64,000 nt of DNA, from the NCBI GenBank assembly GCA_002104905.1, contig MCFE01000102.1:62001-126000 (forward strand), in the 5' to 3' direction. Position numbers and translations under genes: made by a program. Below the pieces are notes generated by a model. It saw only the letters and a list, made by a program, of their open reading frames with translations. It was not told the origin of the DNA and did no database searches. This DNA comes from Basidiobolus meristosporus CBS 931.73. Its lineage: Eukaryota > Fungi > Basidiobolomycota. This document shows, piece after piece, positions 26,453-39,638 of this stretch. Within the stretch, counting starts at the first letter, position 1; every line of letters begins with the position of its first letter.

Positions 26453-29400
26453 TGTTGAAATATTAGATATATATATTGAAAGTGAAATGGAGAATTCAAA
26501 GATTTACATAATGTTCACTTGCTCATTTAGTGAGTTGCAACACAGTATTTATACTTATTGCAGACCTACATGGATGTAACTATTTGTTCATTATTAAGGG
26601 AGTCTCAGGAGTACATGTGCCAAGTTTCAGCTCATTGGTCAAGTTTCATATTTTCCTAAAATTCTGTACTTCACTAATTTCTAATAATTTGCAAATATCC
26701 TTCAAACTAATATCTAAGTTAATATTCTGAGCTATGTCATTTTAACTAAGTGCTAGTTCATAATAGGCTTGTTTTGTAGGATAGTGACACATTGAGCCAT
26801 GAGTGCCAAATGATGCCATAGTGTCCCATAGAGGCCAAGTGAGCCTGTACTTGGCCTCAGAGTATGCAGCATAGCTCTGCATCTTCATGCAAAGCAGCCC
26901 CTGTGTATCACCTATGATGCAGGAGAAAACTCATTTTTTGATGTTTTTTTGTGGATCAATGTTGTGCAGGATGTGTAAGTGCATAAAAGGAGTGAAGATA
27001 TGCATCTGATACTCATTACCCATGGCACTCTGAATCTAGCTCCTGTGGCTTGTAACATGTCACAAAAAAGCATGGCACTATCTTGGTCCACTGGTACTAT
27101 CTGGCACTATAAGTGCTTTGCATTGATCTTACTTTAGGGCTAATAATCAAATATGGTGCCATGTATTACCAGTGGACCAAGATAGTGCCATGCTTTTTTG
27201 TGACATGTTACAAGCCACAGGAGCTAGATTCAGAGTGCCATGGGTAATGAGTATCAGATGCATATCTTCACTCCTTTTATGCACTTACACATCCTGTACC
27301 ACAGTGACCTAAAAAAAAGGTCAAAAAATGGATTTTCTCCAACATAATGGGTGAAACACAGGGGCTGCTTTGCATGAAGATGCAGAGCTATGCTGCACAC
27401 TCTGTGGCCAAGTACAGGCTCACTTGGCCTGCCTGGCACACTATGGCATCATTTGGCACCCATGGCTCAATATGGCACTATCCAACAGAACAAGTATAAT
27501 ATATTAATAATTAGGTGGACTCCTAATTATTTCAGCACGCCCACTTATATAATATATTTATGTACTTATGCGCTTGCTATGGTGATGTGTATCTTCCAGT
27601 TGGAATTAAACCTGCAATTAACCTTATAACCTATTGGACTAATCTATTCTACAATGTATGTTAAAGATTGCATATTATCTGTGATAATAAGTATAAGTAC
27701 ATACTGTTAACTACATACTTCAGATAAAATAACTTTGATTCTGAATGTTGTATCCAAGAGAAAGTGTAATAAAACTCTTGAATGATTTAACTGAACCAAA
27801 GGGACAATTAAGTGCAGAATCTTAGAATTGTCAGAGAGTGGCGGAAATATTAGCAGAAAGATTCTGATCTAATATTGGTCTTGGATATAGCTGGGTTGGC
27901 TATAAAGACAATGATATCTGTTTGCTAGGCAGGCTAGGCTTGGTGTTCTTTGGAGTGCTAGATATACTAGGCTTGGATAGACACTAGAATGGAATTGTTG
28001 GATTCTTATTTTTGCTAAGACAGAATCTTAATTTTGTTGAGACACACACTATACCAAAAGGTTCAGTAAACTTTATTTATACTTTTCTGATCAAGTTGAA
28101 TTAGTAAGCACCAAGGGACTGGATTGATTGAAATCAATTTGGGTGTTCATAAGTGCATAAGATAAATGAAAATTACATCATCAATCAACTGATGTCTTGG
28201 CAACTGCACAGTGGTTGGATAGATCTCAGATGACTAATCACCTGGGAAGGCTTGGCAGATAGGTCGATAACGCAATGACCATTTGAAAATAGATCAGGTG
28301 TGATAGCTAAAAATAGATTCTGAAGTAGGATAAAATAAACTGTAACTGGGATTTGTTATGTTTGGGCTAGGGAAAATCAGTTAGGGTACTAGATTTTCAA
28401 ATGGCGTAAAATTGGCTAAGTTTTAAATGTGGATGCACAACACTGAATGCTGATCTCATCATAAAATATCTCTGGATCAATATCATCTAGTTTATTGGAG
28501 TAGAGCTTTTCCAATACTGGTCAAATCCCATCATGTGTTCCATCATCAAATAGCTGGGTTCTCAGGCTTTCTGCTGTTTTTAATCTGAGTAAAATTGGCC
28601 AATAATTGGTGAAGTTATGATGTGGTCTTCACTCCAGTAGATCTGGATCATCCACAGTTCTGGTATATAGTCTAATTCACTTAGACTATGCTCTATATAT
28701 GCATAACTGGATCTGGATAATAACTTTCCTCATATATTCCATATATATCCTTCTGATCTAGGCATAACCTTCTTGGACTGATATCTCTGTTACAGTACTC
28801 AGATCTTCCCTTTGTATCTTAATAGACTTGAAATGGTATCACAGAGTACCACAGCCTGAATGGTAGCTATTCATAGAGGCTTCATCCTAAACAGGATAGA
28901 TATGTTCACATATACCATTGAACTTAAACCATAAAACTGGATCTGGCACTTTCCAATTGCATAAATCTACCATAACAGCTCTGATATGCTGCCATTACTT
29001 TTGATAGAATATTCCAGCCTAGAGCATGGCTGACAGTGCAAATGGACAAGCCCATGATCTTCTGCACCCATTATATTTTTTAGGTTAGCCCTTGGTACCA
29101 CTTTTCTAGCTCCATCTTCAAGGAAGTTGACTTCATTGCTCACTGTAATACTGATGTTGCCTCTCAGTGTGTGGTTTCTCATGGACTTTTCTGTTGCATT
29201 TCCAAGCATCAGTACTCCCTTATCCATGTGTGATAGGATTGCTGGATCATATCTAGTGCTCTAGATAGTCCAAATGTGGCTTAGGTAGCACCTAACTCCA
29301 TTTAGAAACTGACAACTTATTGGCAGTAGGGTTTTGTCCATATCTGGTCTTGAGGATGCTTGTTGCTGGATTTTTCTTTTTGATCAAGATCTGGATCATG

Positions 29401-30843
29401 CAGGTAGCATATCCACAAAATGTTAGATCCTCTAGAGTGCTCAGGAACCTCCTCTCTGCAGAGCACTTCTATTCTGAAATGATTCATTCAAATTGGTCAT
29501 CTGCTTAGATCTGACATAACTTTTCACAGGCTTTATCAAATTTGATCAAATAAACTCCCTTAAAAAGCCATTTCTCTCAGCATCTTGGTAGCAGATATCA
29601 CTACTGCAGTGTGGCCCATATCTGGGAGCTGCAAATAACAATATGATCATAATAGCAAGATTAACATTTGATCCATGTTAATATATATCATCAGCAATCA
29701 CTAAATGCCTAGTGATATATGTACCAATATAGGGCAACTAGTACATTCTCAAATAGTATTTCATATAATCTCCACAGTATATATAGAGACTATAGGCATA
29801 TACTTTGGTCAGGATCTCCAGTATCACTATTCTTGATGGCAGTTGAAATTCCATGTTCAGATATACATAAATATATCTCCTCCTTCTGTTCCTGATACTT
29901 AATGTAGGTATGTAGCTTGTCTAATAAGTGTCTCACAGAGCCTCAGGAGCATTGCTACTGGAAAAAGTACCACTGAAATAGCATGCATACCACTCCTAAG
30001 TTGGCATGTCTGGGATCACTGATCATTGGCCAAATATATAGGTATTGTTTATCATTGTGATCCTCAGAATTTGCACAAGCTGGTCCATATCTCTGTCTGC
30101 ATTTCCAATTTCAAACTAGGGTAACAGGTGACTCCAAAGTATTTGCGCTTAATTTCATTTCAAGGGGCTACAAATCTATGTAAATTCAATGCAGCAACAC
30201 AGGTACTTCATTGACTGAAATAGTCTAATACAAACCCAGGTATATGTGGATCTTCATCATAGCTCCTTTAAGTTATGATAATAAGGATCATAGCATTAAT
30301 ACATATATTACGTAATATGCCCCAAAGGCCTCTCCCTACATAACAATATATCCCATATAGCAGTTCTTTGCAGTGGCAGTGCTTTTGTATCTTTTGTAAC
30401 TCCAGGTAGACCATGCAGTCTTTCTCTAGAATAAAGACCCAGCACTAGAGCAAAGTAGACACCCAGGATATAGCAAGCTTGGGGCTTATAACCTGCTGAA
30501 ATACTCAAGAGATATATTGGATGCAAAATGGAAAGTTAGAAGATTTACATGATATTCACTTGTTGGTTAATTGAGTTGCAACACAGTACTTATACTTATT
30601 ACAGAACTACAAAAATTCAACTATTTGTACATTATTAGGGGAGTCTCAGGAGTACATGTGACAAGTCTCAGCTCATTTTGACAAGTTTCAAATTTTCCTA
30701 AAATTCTGTACTTCACTAATTTCTAATAATTTGCAAATATCCTACAAACTAATTTCTAAGTTAATATTCTGAGATATGTCATTTTAACCAAGTGCTAGCT
30801 CATAATATATTAATAATCAGGTGGATTCCTAATTATTTCAACA
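26453..30843 (-). mobile_element. Old, internally deleted copia-type element (LTRs 26453-27537 including a MITE, and 30494-30843)
   Basis: TG(T/C)TGAAATA...TATTTCA(A/G)CA LTRs of ~350 bp. PBS GGTTATAAGCCC and PPT AAGTGGGCG on the minus strand. TSD GCAGC/GCATC. Gag-like ERLHG..LQRTAIWDIL; no recognisable RT. Confidence 0.8.
26765..27497. mobile_element. Fold-back MITE copy 2 (733 bp, opposite spacer orientation)
   Basis: TSD AAT at 26762-26764 and 27498-27500; the empty site is visible in the sister LTR at ~30802. Confidence 0.92.
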
Positions 30844-31024
30844 GCATCCCCTCTAACTGATATTCCTGAGAAAGACAAGCCCATAAAGTGGGACATAGCA
30901 TGTGAAACTGCCTTTTGGATGCTCAAGAATGAACTTGCTAAGCTGCAAAGCTTGAGAATCCCAGACTTCAGAAAAGAGTTTACTTTTTGTCCAGGTGCTT
31001 CAGACTATGCACTTGGTAGAGTAC

Positions 31025-31990
31025 TGCATGGTAGGGTAACCATACCTCCCATAGACAAGTTTGTTCATATAGCTATAATGATGCACTTATCCATATTTTA
31101 TCGTATCCATAGTATCCCATTCTTCTTTTGCCCATATTATCAGTACCATCCCCATATGCTGTTTACTCTGAATAGTTATTAGCATTAGTTATCCCAGATG
31201 TTATTCAGCTTTATGATCTCTATATGTATCTACATAAGGCAAGTACCCATGCCAGTACCAGTGACATATGACCTAAGTCTGTGTTATCATCCCTACCATT
31301 TAAGTACCATATATGGTATCTCAATTTTGCACAGGTTTCAGACTACTGATCCCTGATTAGTTGGATGTGCTGTGCCTTTTAGAACATTCCAGGGCATTCT
31401 TGGCATATTTTTAGCTCATAGTGATGTCATCAAGAATTCCACTGATGCCTTGAGTCTTCTAGAACCTTGTCATTAGTAATTACTTGCCTATCAGGAAAAG
31501 TATTCAAGGGAAGGCAGTCCCTCATCAATAAATCATCCCTTTTATCAACATACTAACTTGTTGACTAGTGTGATCACTGCTACCTGCAGCTACCTACTGC
31601 TACCTTAACTTCCAGCCCCAGACCACAGGACACTCCCAGGAAACCGCGCTGACAGCCAACTGACCTTCAAGGCACTACTTGTGAGGAATACTCAGAGTAG
31701 GTATCTCTTATTATATTTGATTCTTTCCTAAGTTTGTTCTTATATAGGCAAAGATACTTTTCTGTCTTTGTAACTATTGACCACAGTTGCATTTTTATCA
31801 AGTCCCTGCTGGTGGAGTTTACAGTTATTTTGACTTTGGAAGCTTTAGTACATTGTCATCTCAATGGATGATCAACTCCGCATATACTTTTGTTAAGACA
31901 CCAACTAAGTTGGGGATTGTGGCTCAATAGTTTTCCCTTGACAAGCTTGTGGCTTTATTCCCCTTCACTTTAGTTTAGAGACAAAACAAA
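31025..31990 (+). repeat. Gypsy-type LTR, 3'-truncated (G-b-like left part, G-a-like right part)
   Basis: 31025-31560 matches 9550-9948 plus 18007 onward; 31570-31985 is nearly identical to 38340-38740. Confidence 0.75.
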
Positions 31991-32157
31991 ATGACAAACA
32001 TTTCAAAATGTAGACAATTATCTGCATTAGAGATATCCAGTAATCATCAAAATAGCTGACTTTTCTGGGTGTAATGGAGAGTAATGCTGTCAATTGTGTA
32101 AGATCCAGGGGTTTTACTGCATAACTCATACACACCAATACTATCTAAGAACCAATA

Positions 32158-35100
32158 CCCTATGAAAAATAATTTAGTCCCACAGGTGGACCCAATCTGG
32201 ATCAGCCGTTAAGATCCCATTTAGAGACCATCATAATAACAGCAGCTTGGAATTAGTGACCCTCCTAACAATCTTATGACAAGATCATGATGGTGTTTTG
32301 CTAATTTTACAGCCAAATAAAGGGATAAAACTTGACAATATTTTATTGGTACTGTGATGATATTTGCATGGTATTGTTGCGGTCTTTCAGCGTTCTATAA
32401 CTATTTTAAGTGGATACAATTAGCAGGGCATCAATTGCCTTATATGGCAAGAAACTTGATGCTATTTAGACAGCCTCACAGCAAGACTCTGATGGCATTA
32501 TATTGGCAGTATGATGGTCTACTGCTGGTTCTATATAATGTTACCGTACCAATTTACCAAATGGTATTTGCTTCTTCTACCTCCTCTTGTACAATTCATA
32601 TATTTCACTGTGGAATCACCTTTCTTTGTTTGCTTACCCACTACTACCTTGGGTATTCCACATATAGTTTGAATCAAAAAGAAACTATGGCCTCCTGCTT
32701 ACTAGCCTCTACAAACATGCACACCTGCAGCAATTGACATACTTCTATCACCTCAACTTTACAGCTTTTTAGTGTGATACTTGCAAAGTTGCCATATACC
32801 TTGTACTGCTGGTAACATATACATCTGGTAAACATATGCTCAGTTGTTGTCACTTCTGCCATGAATACCTCCTGAATATCCGCAAAGAACTTCTTGGTAT
32901 TTAGCCAATATATTCCTTCTCCCTGCTGGATTCTAGTCCCCCTTATAGGTGTGCTCTGGCTTTTGTTTGTGTGAATTCTGTATTGAATGGTGTAGAATCT
33001 GGCTTGTGACCATGAGAAATCTGGCATATCATGGTGGAGTTTTCCTGATAAAAATTAGTTGCTTGTTGCACCCAACCCAACTTTGCATTACTTGACTGAT
33101 TACCCATGCATTGGGGCTGCTTAGCTTCTTAATGACATAGGCATAGGTGTCTCCATGTGCACATTTGTCCTCAGTATTTTCCAACTCTTTCTGGCTGTCC
33201 TCAATGTGCCAACTATCACATCCATGATGGACATGAAGGTAATATTCTTGATGAGATTGGAATATGGTAGTACCTGCAACTTGACTTGTCTTCTTATCTC
33301 CCCACACATCTGCTCCATAGGAAACTCCCAAAAGGTGAAGCAAGGCCCAATAGGCTCCACACACTGTGCAAGATGGAGTAGAGAATGGATACAGTAGCAG
33401 CAGAGATCTACATGTTCAGCTTTACATTTGCAGTATAGCCGCTCAGATCCCATCACAAACTCCTCACACAACAGCTGTAGATGGGTGAAGTTGGCATTGG
33501 TGATCCACTTCTGGATAAATATTCCTTTAATGTCCACATATGACTCCTAATGCTTCCAATGTACTCTTGGTAGGAATGGCTTCAGATCACCACTTGAATA
33601 AGTAAATATCCAGTTCATCCAGTCTTTGCATTTTTATTGTCCCATATGCATATAAATATTAATTGGAGCCTGTGAGAAGTACCTTGGAGTGATTGTCATT
33701 TACTATGATCCTGCAGGATAGTATACAAAAGTCATCTAGCAATGGATACAGGTATCTATGCAGATGGAATGGTCATATAGGCCCAGATGTCAGTAAGACC
33801 ACCATCATATTGCTGCTTTTATACTGAAAGATTGGTGGCAGATTCAGGTTGATGAGAATCAGTGGTTAGTAGGATTTGCTAGCAGAATACTTGCTCAGTG
33901 GGAATCCATCAGGTGCCAAGGTAAAGGTATGGTCATACATACCTTCAAAGTAGCTCTGGGTTTTTAGTTGTTTGTAATGTTTGCCATCAAATATATTGGA
34001 AATGTTTGCACTTGATTGATACTGAATGCAATACCTTATAGCTTCACAAAATTTGCTGGATTACCTAAGCTTCTTTAGATGGGTATTACCATAATATGTC
34101 CAGAGTGTGAGCAATGTTTTCCCCCAATAGTGGTGGATTCCTGACAAGTTGGACACCATGCAATGGTGGCATTTTCTGATGTTAATGCCATACAACTGTT
34201 AATACATGCTGGTCTCAGGACAGTCTATGGGTCATATGTTGCCCGCCACATGACAGTTGTCCATTTATACCATGTACAAAGTAAGTTGCATCCCAGGGTG
34301 ATTTTGGCAAGAAGTAGTAGTAAATCCTCAAAGCCCCCATTACTAATATTAGTGGAAAATTACCACTTCTCTAGCCACAACATCATATCATTCACCAGTA
34401 GATGGATTGCTGGGCTCACTTGGCTCCATAAAGTATCCTTGGTACTTGTTTCAACAGGTGTGTCTCATTACATATTGGGATCTGACCAGGCTCATGCATG
34501 GTACTGTTGTTAGGGGAAATAGGCTCACAATCCATCAGTGAACCTTCTTAGTCAGAACTATCACTCTGCATGCCATATTCATAAGGCTGGGCTGAGCATA
34601 AAGGTATCACAAACTCTCCTGACTCAGTTTGTGTAAGGTGATAAGTACAGCCAGATGCCATTATAGAAGTATCAGGTTGCCAGCAAGATATTGTGGGTAT
34701 GGTTATGACTGGTGAATGATCAAATATGACTTGTGTGGCACAACACTGGCCATAATTCTTGTAACACTTACTATTCTCTCTACACGCCTCATGGTTCAGA
34801 GGCTTGCTACAATAGCCACATGGTCTTTTTTCTCTTCTCTTATGGTGTTAAATCAGAGTAGTGTTGTCCATGGGGCAAGCAGTTTGTTACTAACTATATA
34901 ACACTATTATATAGCTTTTTGGTCAATACTCATGTAGAATTAAGTCAGTCTTGTATTTGTGACATTGCACCTACATGAATGTAAGATTCAATGATGACCC
35001 ACCATAGTAAGCATTATTTAAAAAGTTGTGGTACCACATACACATGTATATGTGACACCATTTCCCCTCTGGTTTAACTCTCTTCCATATATATGCTGCC

Positions 35101-37400
35101 AAGAAATAAAGCAAAGCTTTCTGGCTCCCAACCAAACCCCACCACTGACAGCAGCAGAATAATGGTTGGACAACAGCTTGCTTTGACATTCAGTGCAACA
35201 AGCAGGACTACAATCAAAAAAGGCCCTGTGGACAGTGTGCCCACTGAAGGGAACAATGTGGGCTCCTCAGGCTCTCAGTCAAGTAGACAATTGGGAATCA
35301 CTGCAGAGCCACTAGCTGACCATATTGCTGAGGCAGATGAGAATGTAGTAAGCAGTACCCTCAGTTGAAGGCCAGCAAGTGGCCATCATAACATCACCAC
35401 CACCTATACTAGTAAGTATGTTGTCAGCCCATACCAAAGCATTAATGAGGCAATAGGGTACAGTGACTGATAGGATTGATGCAATGGCCCAGAGCAATCA
35501 GGAAATAGTCCAGAAACATAATGAGTGGATGATACATGAAGAGCAATCAACATCCCAGACTGAGAATTCAGTTTCTTTGCTGCAAAGATGGAGCTCATGT
35601 AGCTCAATATCACAGCCAAGAATTGAGCCATTTCCTAATGTAACAACTGAGGAACCCCAAATAGTCTTTGAAGCATAACAACAGTGCCCAAATATAAAGC
35701 CCACAGAAAAACCTGTCACAGCATGGGTGGGAGAGACTGTTGTGCTTATACCCATGCCTAAAAATCAAAGCACATTGAAGATCTGTGAAGTTGTTGAGTG
35801 CAATGATGAAGAGTAGGCTTATATCCAAAAGGCTATTAGAAGTCTAGAAAGGTATCATCCTAATGCTGGCATACCATGGGACCATCAGGAGCCTAAGGCC
35901 AAGCAGATTGTGCTTGACCCATTCCATGAGCATTTTCCTGGATTTAAGTAAGCAACCTGATTTTGGACTAGCATTGGAATCCAACAAAAGTATTGTAAGA
36001 GTAGCAGAAGCTATTAAAGGCCAAAGAACAAAGACACCATGACTAAAAACCAGCAGCTTCCTCAAGTGCCAGTCACAAGCAGGGCTGAAAGCTCCAAACA
36101 AGTGGCAAAGAGATATCAGGTTTCCAGAAGGGTGCCAGTAAGGGACAGGCTGGCAGAAACAGATATATCAGTGCATAATCTATCAAGGAGGAAATGTAGT
36201 TCAATACAAGAAGCACTCAGTCACAGTAGCAGTGAAGGACTTAATAGTGATGAAAATCCATGGCTTTCTCAAGAGCCCATCACATGCAGGGCTGAAAGTT
36301 CTAAACAAGCATTGGAGGAAGATCAGGTTGCCAGGAGAGTGCTGGCAAGGGACAAGCATGCAAGAACAGATGCACCAGTGCATCATTCATCAAAAAGAAA
36401 GCAAAACACAATACAAGAAGCACTTGGTTATGGTACCAGTGAAGGACTTGACAGTGATAAAAACCTGTGGCCTTCTCAGGAGCCCATCACATGCAGGGCT
36501 GATAGTTTCAAGCAAGTAGCTAAGAGACATCAGCTTGTTAGAAGAGTGCCAGCAAGGCACAAGCAGGCAATAATGGATGCACCAGTGCAGCATTCATCAA
36601 GGAGAAAACAAAGTACCATACAAGAAGCACAATGTCAAAGCAGCTGCAAAAGACTAGGCAGTGATAAGTGTAAAGGTTAAGAGAAAAAGGTGTACCCAAG
36701 CCAGAGTCAGGGAAGCGTTAGAAAAAAGCTGCAGTTCTCACCAATAAATGCCATCAGCCCAGAACAGGCTTATTCCCATCATAGACAAGAAGAATTACAA
36801 ACAAGAAAACAGCTGTATTCTTAAGAGTTGTAAGCGCAGCCAGTTAAGCTGTACTCTGGTAAGGTAGATGAGTTTGCAGAGAAAAGAAATTTGTCTACCA
36901 ATGCTTTCATGTCTTTCATTGTAGACCAAGTGGAGATCCCTCTGACAGACAAAGCAACAACATCACAAACTCAAAATGCTATTGCAATGCCTACAGTGGG
37001 ATTTTGATACATTAATAGGCACACCAATAGGTTGCAGCACTATGTCAAGAGCAGTGCTCAAGAAAATGCACTTGAATGTTGCAAGGATTTATTGCAAAGA
37101 CTGGCAGATGAAATGCTTGACCTTGCAGTGCAAGCTGAAGACCAGGATGTATGGGAACCAGTGAATGAACAGCAGCATAAAGCTGTAGGGTTCCCACCAA
37201 AGTCATGGAAAAAGGGCACTGCAGCAAAAATACCTATCAAATGGTGGATTTTAATGATGCTACTTGTTGAATGTGGGGTTGGGCTCAGTGTTACTGGTAG
37301 GTATATGGACTTGTATAGATCAGTGCAGTTGACATTCAAGGTATAACTGAAGCTTCAATGGAAATAAAGTAATTTGTATGCATGAAAAGTAAGAGAATTG
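32158..37400 (-). mobile_element. CACTA/CMC-type DNA transposon copy D, right end truncated
   Basis: Starts CCCTATGAAAAATAATTTAG. Transposase remnants on the minus strand (ATG 34871); ORF2 on the plus strand from 35093 to ~37260. Confidence 0.88.
36069..36670 (+). repeat. Three in-frame 207-bp (69-aa) tandem repeats in ORF2 of copy D
   Basis: Units start at 36069, 36276 and 36483 (P[VI]T[SC]RA[ED]S..Q.....Q..RRV..R). Confidence 0.9.
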
Positions 37401-37802
37401 GTCAATATATTCAATATAGAAAGAAAAAAAAATCTCTAGCATTTGAAGGCAATGATCTAAGTGACTAAGTTAAGTGAATATTTAGGTAAAATTACAAATC
37501 TTTACAGCATACAGCCTGTTGTAGGAGCTTTGGAGATATTGGAAGTGACAGGGAGAACAAGTAGTTTATGTAGCTCTCACTTGACAGTTTATTGAATGTA
37601 AGAGTAGTATTTGTTGTAAAAATTTGTATTTCCACCTAAATATTCACCTAACTTAGTCACTTAGATCATTACCTTTGAATCCTAGAGAATACTGACCAAA
37701 TTCCCTGTTGGGATTTACTTGGAATATTTTCACCAAAATACCAGGTACCCAGAACATGAAAATTCTCAAAGTTGTCCAAACAGCCCCAAACTTTGCACAT
37801 GT

Positions 37803-38861
37803 TGTAGTGGGGTGACAGTGACACCCACTAACAGATGTGCTCATTCCCTTATTTTCTACTTCCCTATATCTCTACTACACTTATTTTAGTTTTATCCCAC
37901 TTGTCTTACCCAATCAGTACTATCCCATAAGCCGGTTGACTATCACACCTGCTTACCTTATTGCATAAGTTACCCCTCACTTTATGTAAGAATACTAGCT
38001 ATAAGTACTTCTATATTAGGCAGGTACCCGCGCCAGTACCTGTGACACATGATCAGCCCGCGTCACCATCCCTACCATTTCCATACCATATATGGTATCC
38101 CCATGTTACACAGGTTTCAGAATACTGATTCCTGATTTGTTGGATGTGCTGTGCCTCTTAGAACCTTCCGGCACCTACTTAGAACATTCTTAGGTCATTC
38201 ATTTCATTAAGATTTCTATTGATATCCAGAACCTTCTGGAACACCATGATTAGTAATCACTTAGCCAGTGAGAAAAGTATATAAGGGATGCTATCCCTCA
38301 ACAATAAATCATCATCCCTTTTATCAATATACCGACTTGTTGATTAGTGTGATCACTGCTACCTGAACTTCCAACCCCAGACCACAGGACACTCCCAGGA
38401 AACCGCGCTGACAGCCAACTGACCTTGGAGGCACTACTTGTGAGGAATACTCAGAGTAGGTATCTTTTATTATATTTGATTCTTTCCCAAGTTTGTTCTT
38501 GTACAGGCAAAGATACTTTTCTGTCTTTGTAACTATTGACCACAGCTGCATTCTTATCAAGTCCCTGCTGGTGGAGTTTACAGTTGTTTTGACTTTGGAA
38601 GCTTTAGTACATTGTTATCTCAAAGGACGCTGAACCCAGCACATACTTTTGTTAAGACGCCAACTAAGTTGGGGATTGTAGCTCAATAGTTTTCCCTTGA
38701 CAAGCTTGTGGCTTTATTCCCCTTCACATTAGATTAGAGACAGAACCCAAGTATTCCTAGCAAGCTTTTGCCAGAGGTTATTGCACCCAGTGAACACCCC
38801 ACACACAAAACACTTGAGAAGTGTTGGATGTATCTCTCCCTTGGACCTATACACCACCACA
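37803..38861 (+). repeat. Gypsy-type solo LTR (family G-a, 1059 bp) inside the copia 5' LTR
   Basis: TGTAGTGG...CCACCACA termini; 4-bp TSD ATGT/ACGT at 37799-37802 and 38862-38865. Confidence 0.92.
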
Positions 38862-39023
38862 ACGTGTTCTTGGGACCTTCCTTAACCTATTCTATGTGTT
38901 TGGAATGCCAAGACCAGGTAAAAGTATAAATACTACTTTTACATTCAATAAATCATTAAGTGAAAACCACATAATCTACTTGTTCTTCCAATCACTTCCA
39001 ATATCTCCAAGACTCTTACAACA

Positions 39024-39035
39024 GGTTATGAGCCC
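39024..39035 (+). other. Copia primer-binding site (half-tRNAiMet type)
   Basis: GGTTATGAGCCC directly after the LTR end; complementary to the GGGCTCATAACC anticodon arm of fungal initiator tRNA, the priming mode known for Drosophila copia. Confidence 0.88.
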
Positions 39036-39638
39036 CAAGCTGTCACTCTCTGCAATGTCCACTACTGCAATTACTGGAATTTTTCCCTTTGCTGAAAAGT
39101 TGGACGGATCTAACTACCAAGTGTGGAAGGTGAAGATGAAGATGCTGCTACAAGAAAGAGGCCTTTGGGATATTGTCATGGGAGAAAAATGCCCTCCTAA
39201 AAATGTGGGAGAGGAAGCCTTAAAGTACCAGAAGAAAGAACAAAGTGCCTTTAACTGCATTTGCCTTAATGTTAAAGACAAATTGCTAATTCAATGCTCA
39301 AGAGCAAAAATGGCAAAGAATGCCTGGAAGGCATTAGAAGACACCTACCAGTCATGTTCAGCTGCTAAGAAAATGTATCTGAGACAAGAATTCTTTACTA
39401 CAAAGATGCTGCCAGGAGAAGAAATGAAAAATCTAATTAACAAAATTGCCCTGCTGGTAGATGAGATGGAATCTGTGGGCGTACCAACTACTGATGAGGA
39501 TGTGATAGTTACCATCCTGAATAACCTGACAGACAGGTTTCAGGGCCTTGTATCAGCCCTAGAGTCCAGAACTGAAGATTTGACCTTAAATTATGTATAT
39601 GGAAGACTCCTGGATGAAGAATCAAGAAAATCAAGCGC

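Larger units (their letters stand above)
25790..31024 (+). pseudogene. Ty3/gypsy RT-RNase H remnant split by a copia insertion (25790-26452 and 30844-31024)
   Basis: [26 protein letters not shown]; the reading resumes after the insertion as PLTDI..KDKPIKWD..PDFRKEF..ASDYALGRVL. Confidence 0.92.

Noticed and set aside
27538-30493. LINE remnant (LDYI..EDH and IADD-like motifs)
   Set aside because: The motif order is inconsistent with a LINE, and flanking LTRs, PBS, PPT and gag similarity indicate a copia-type element.
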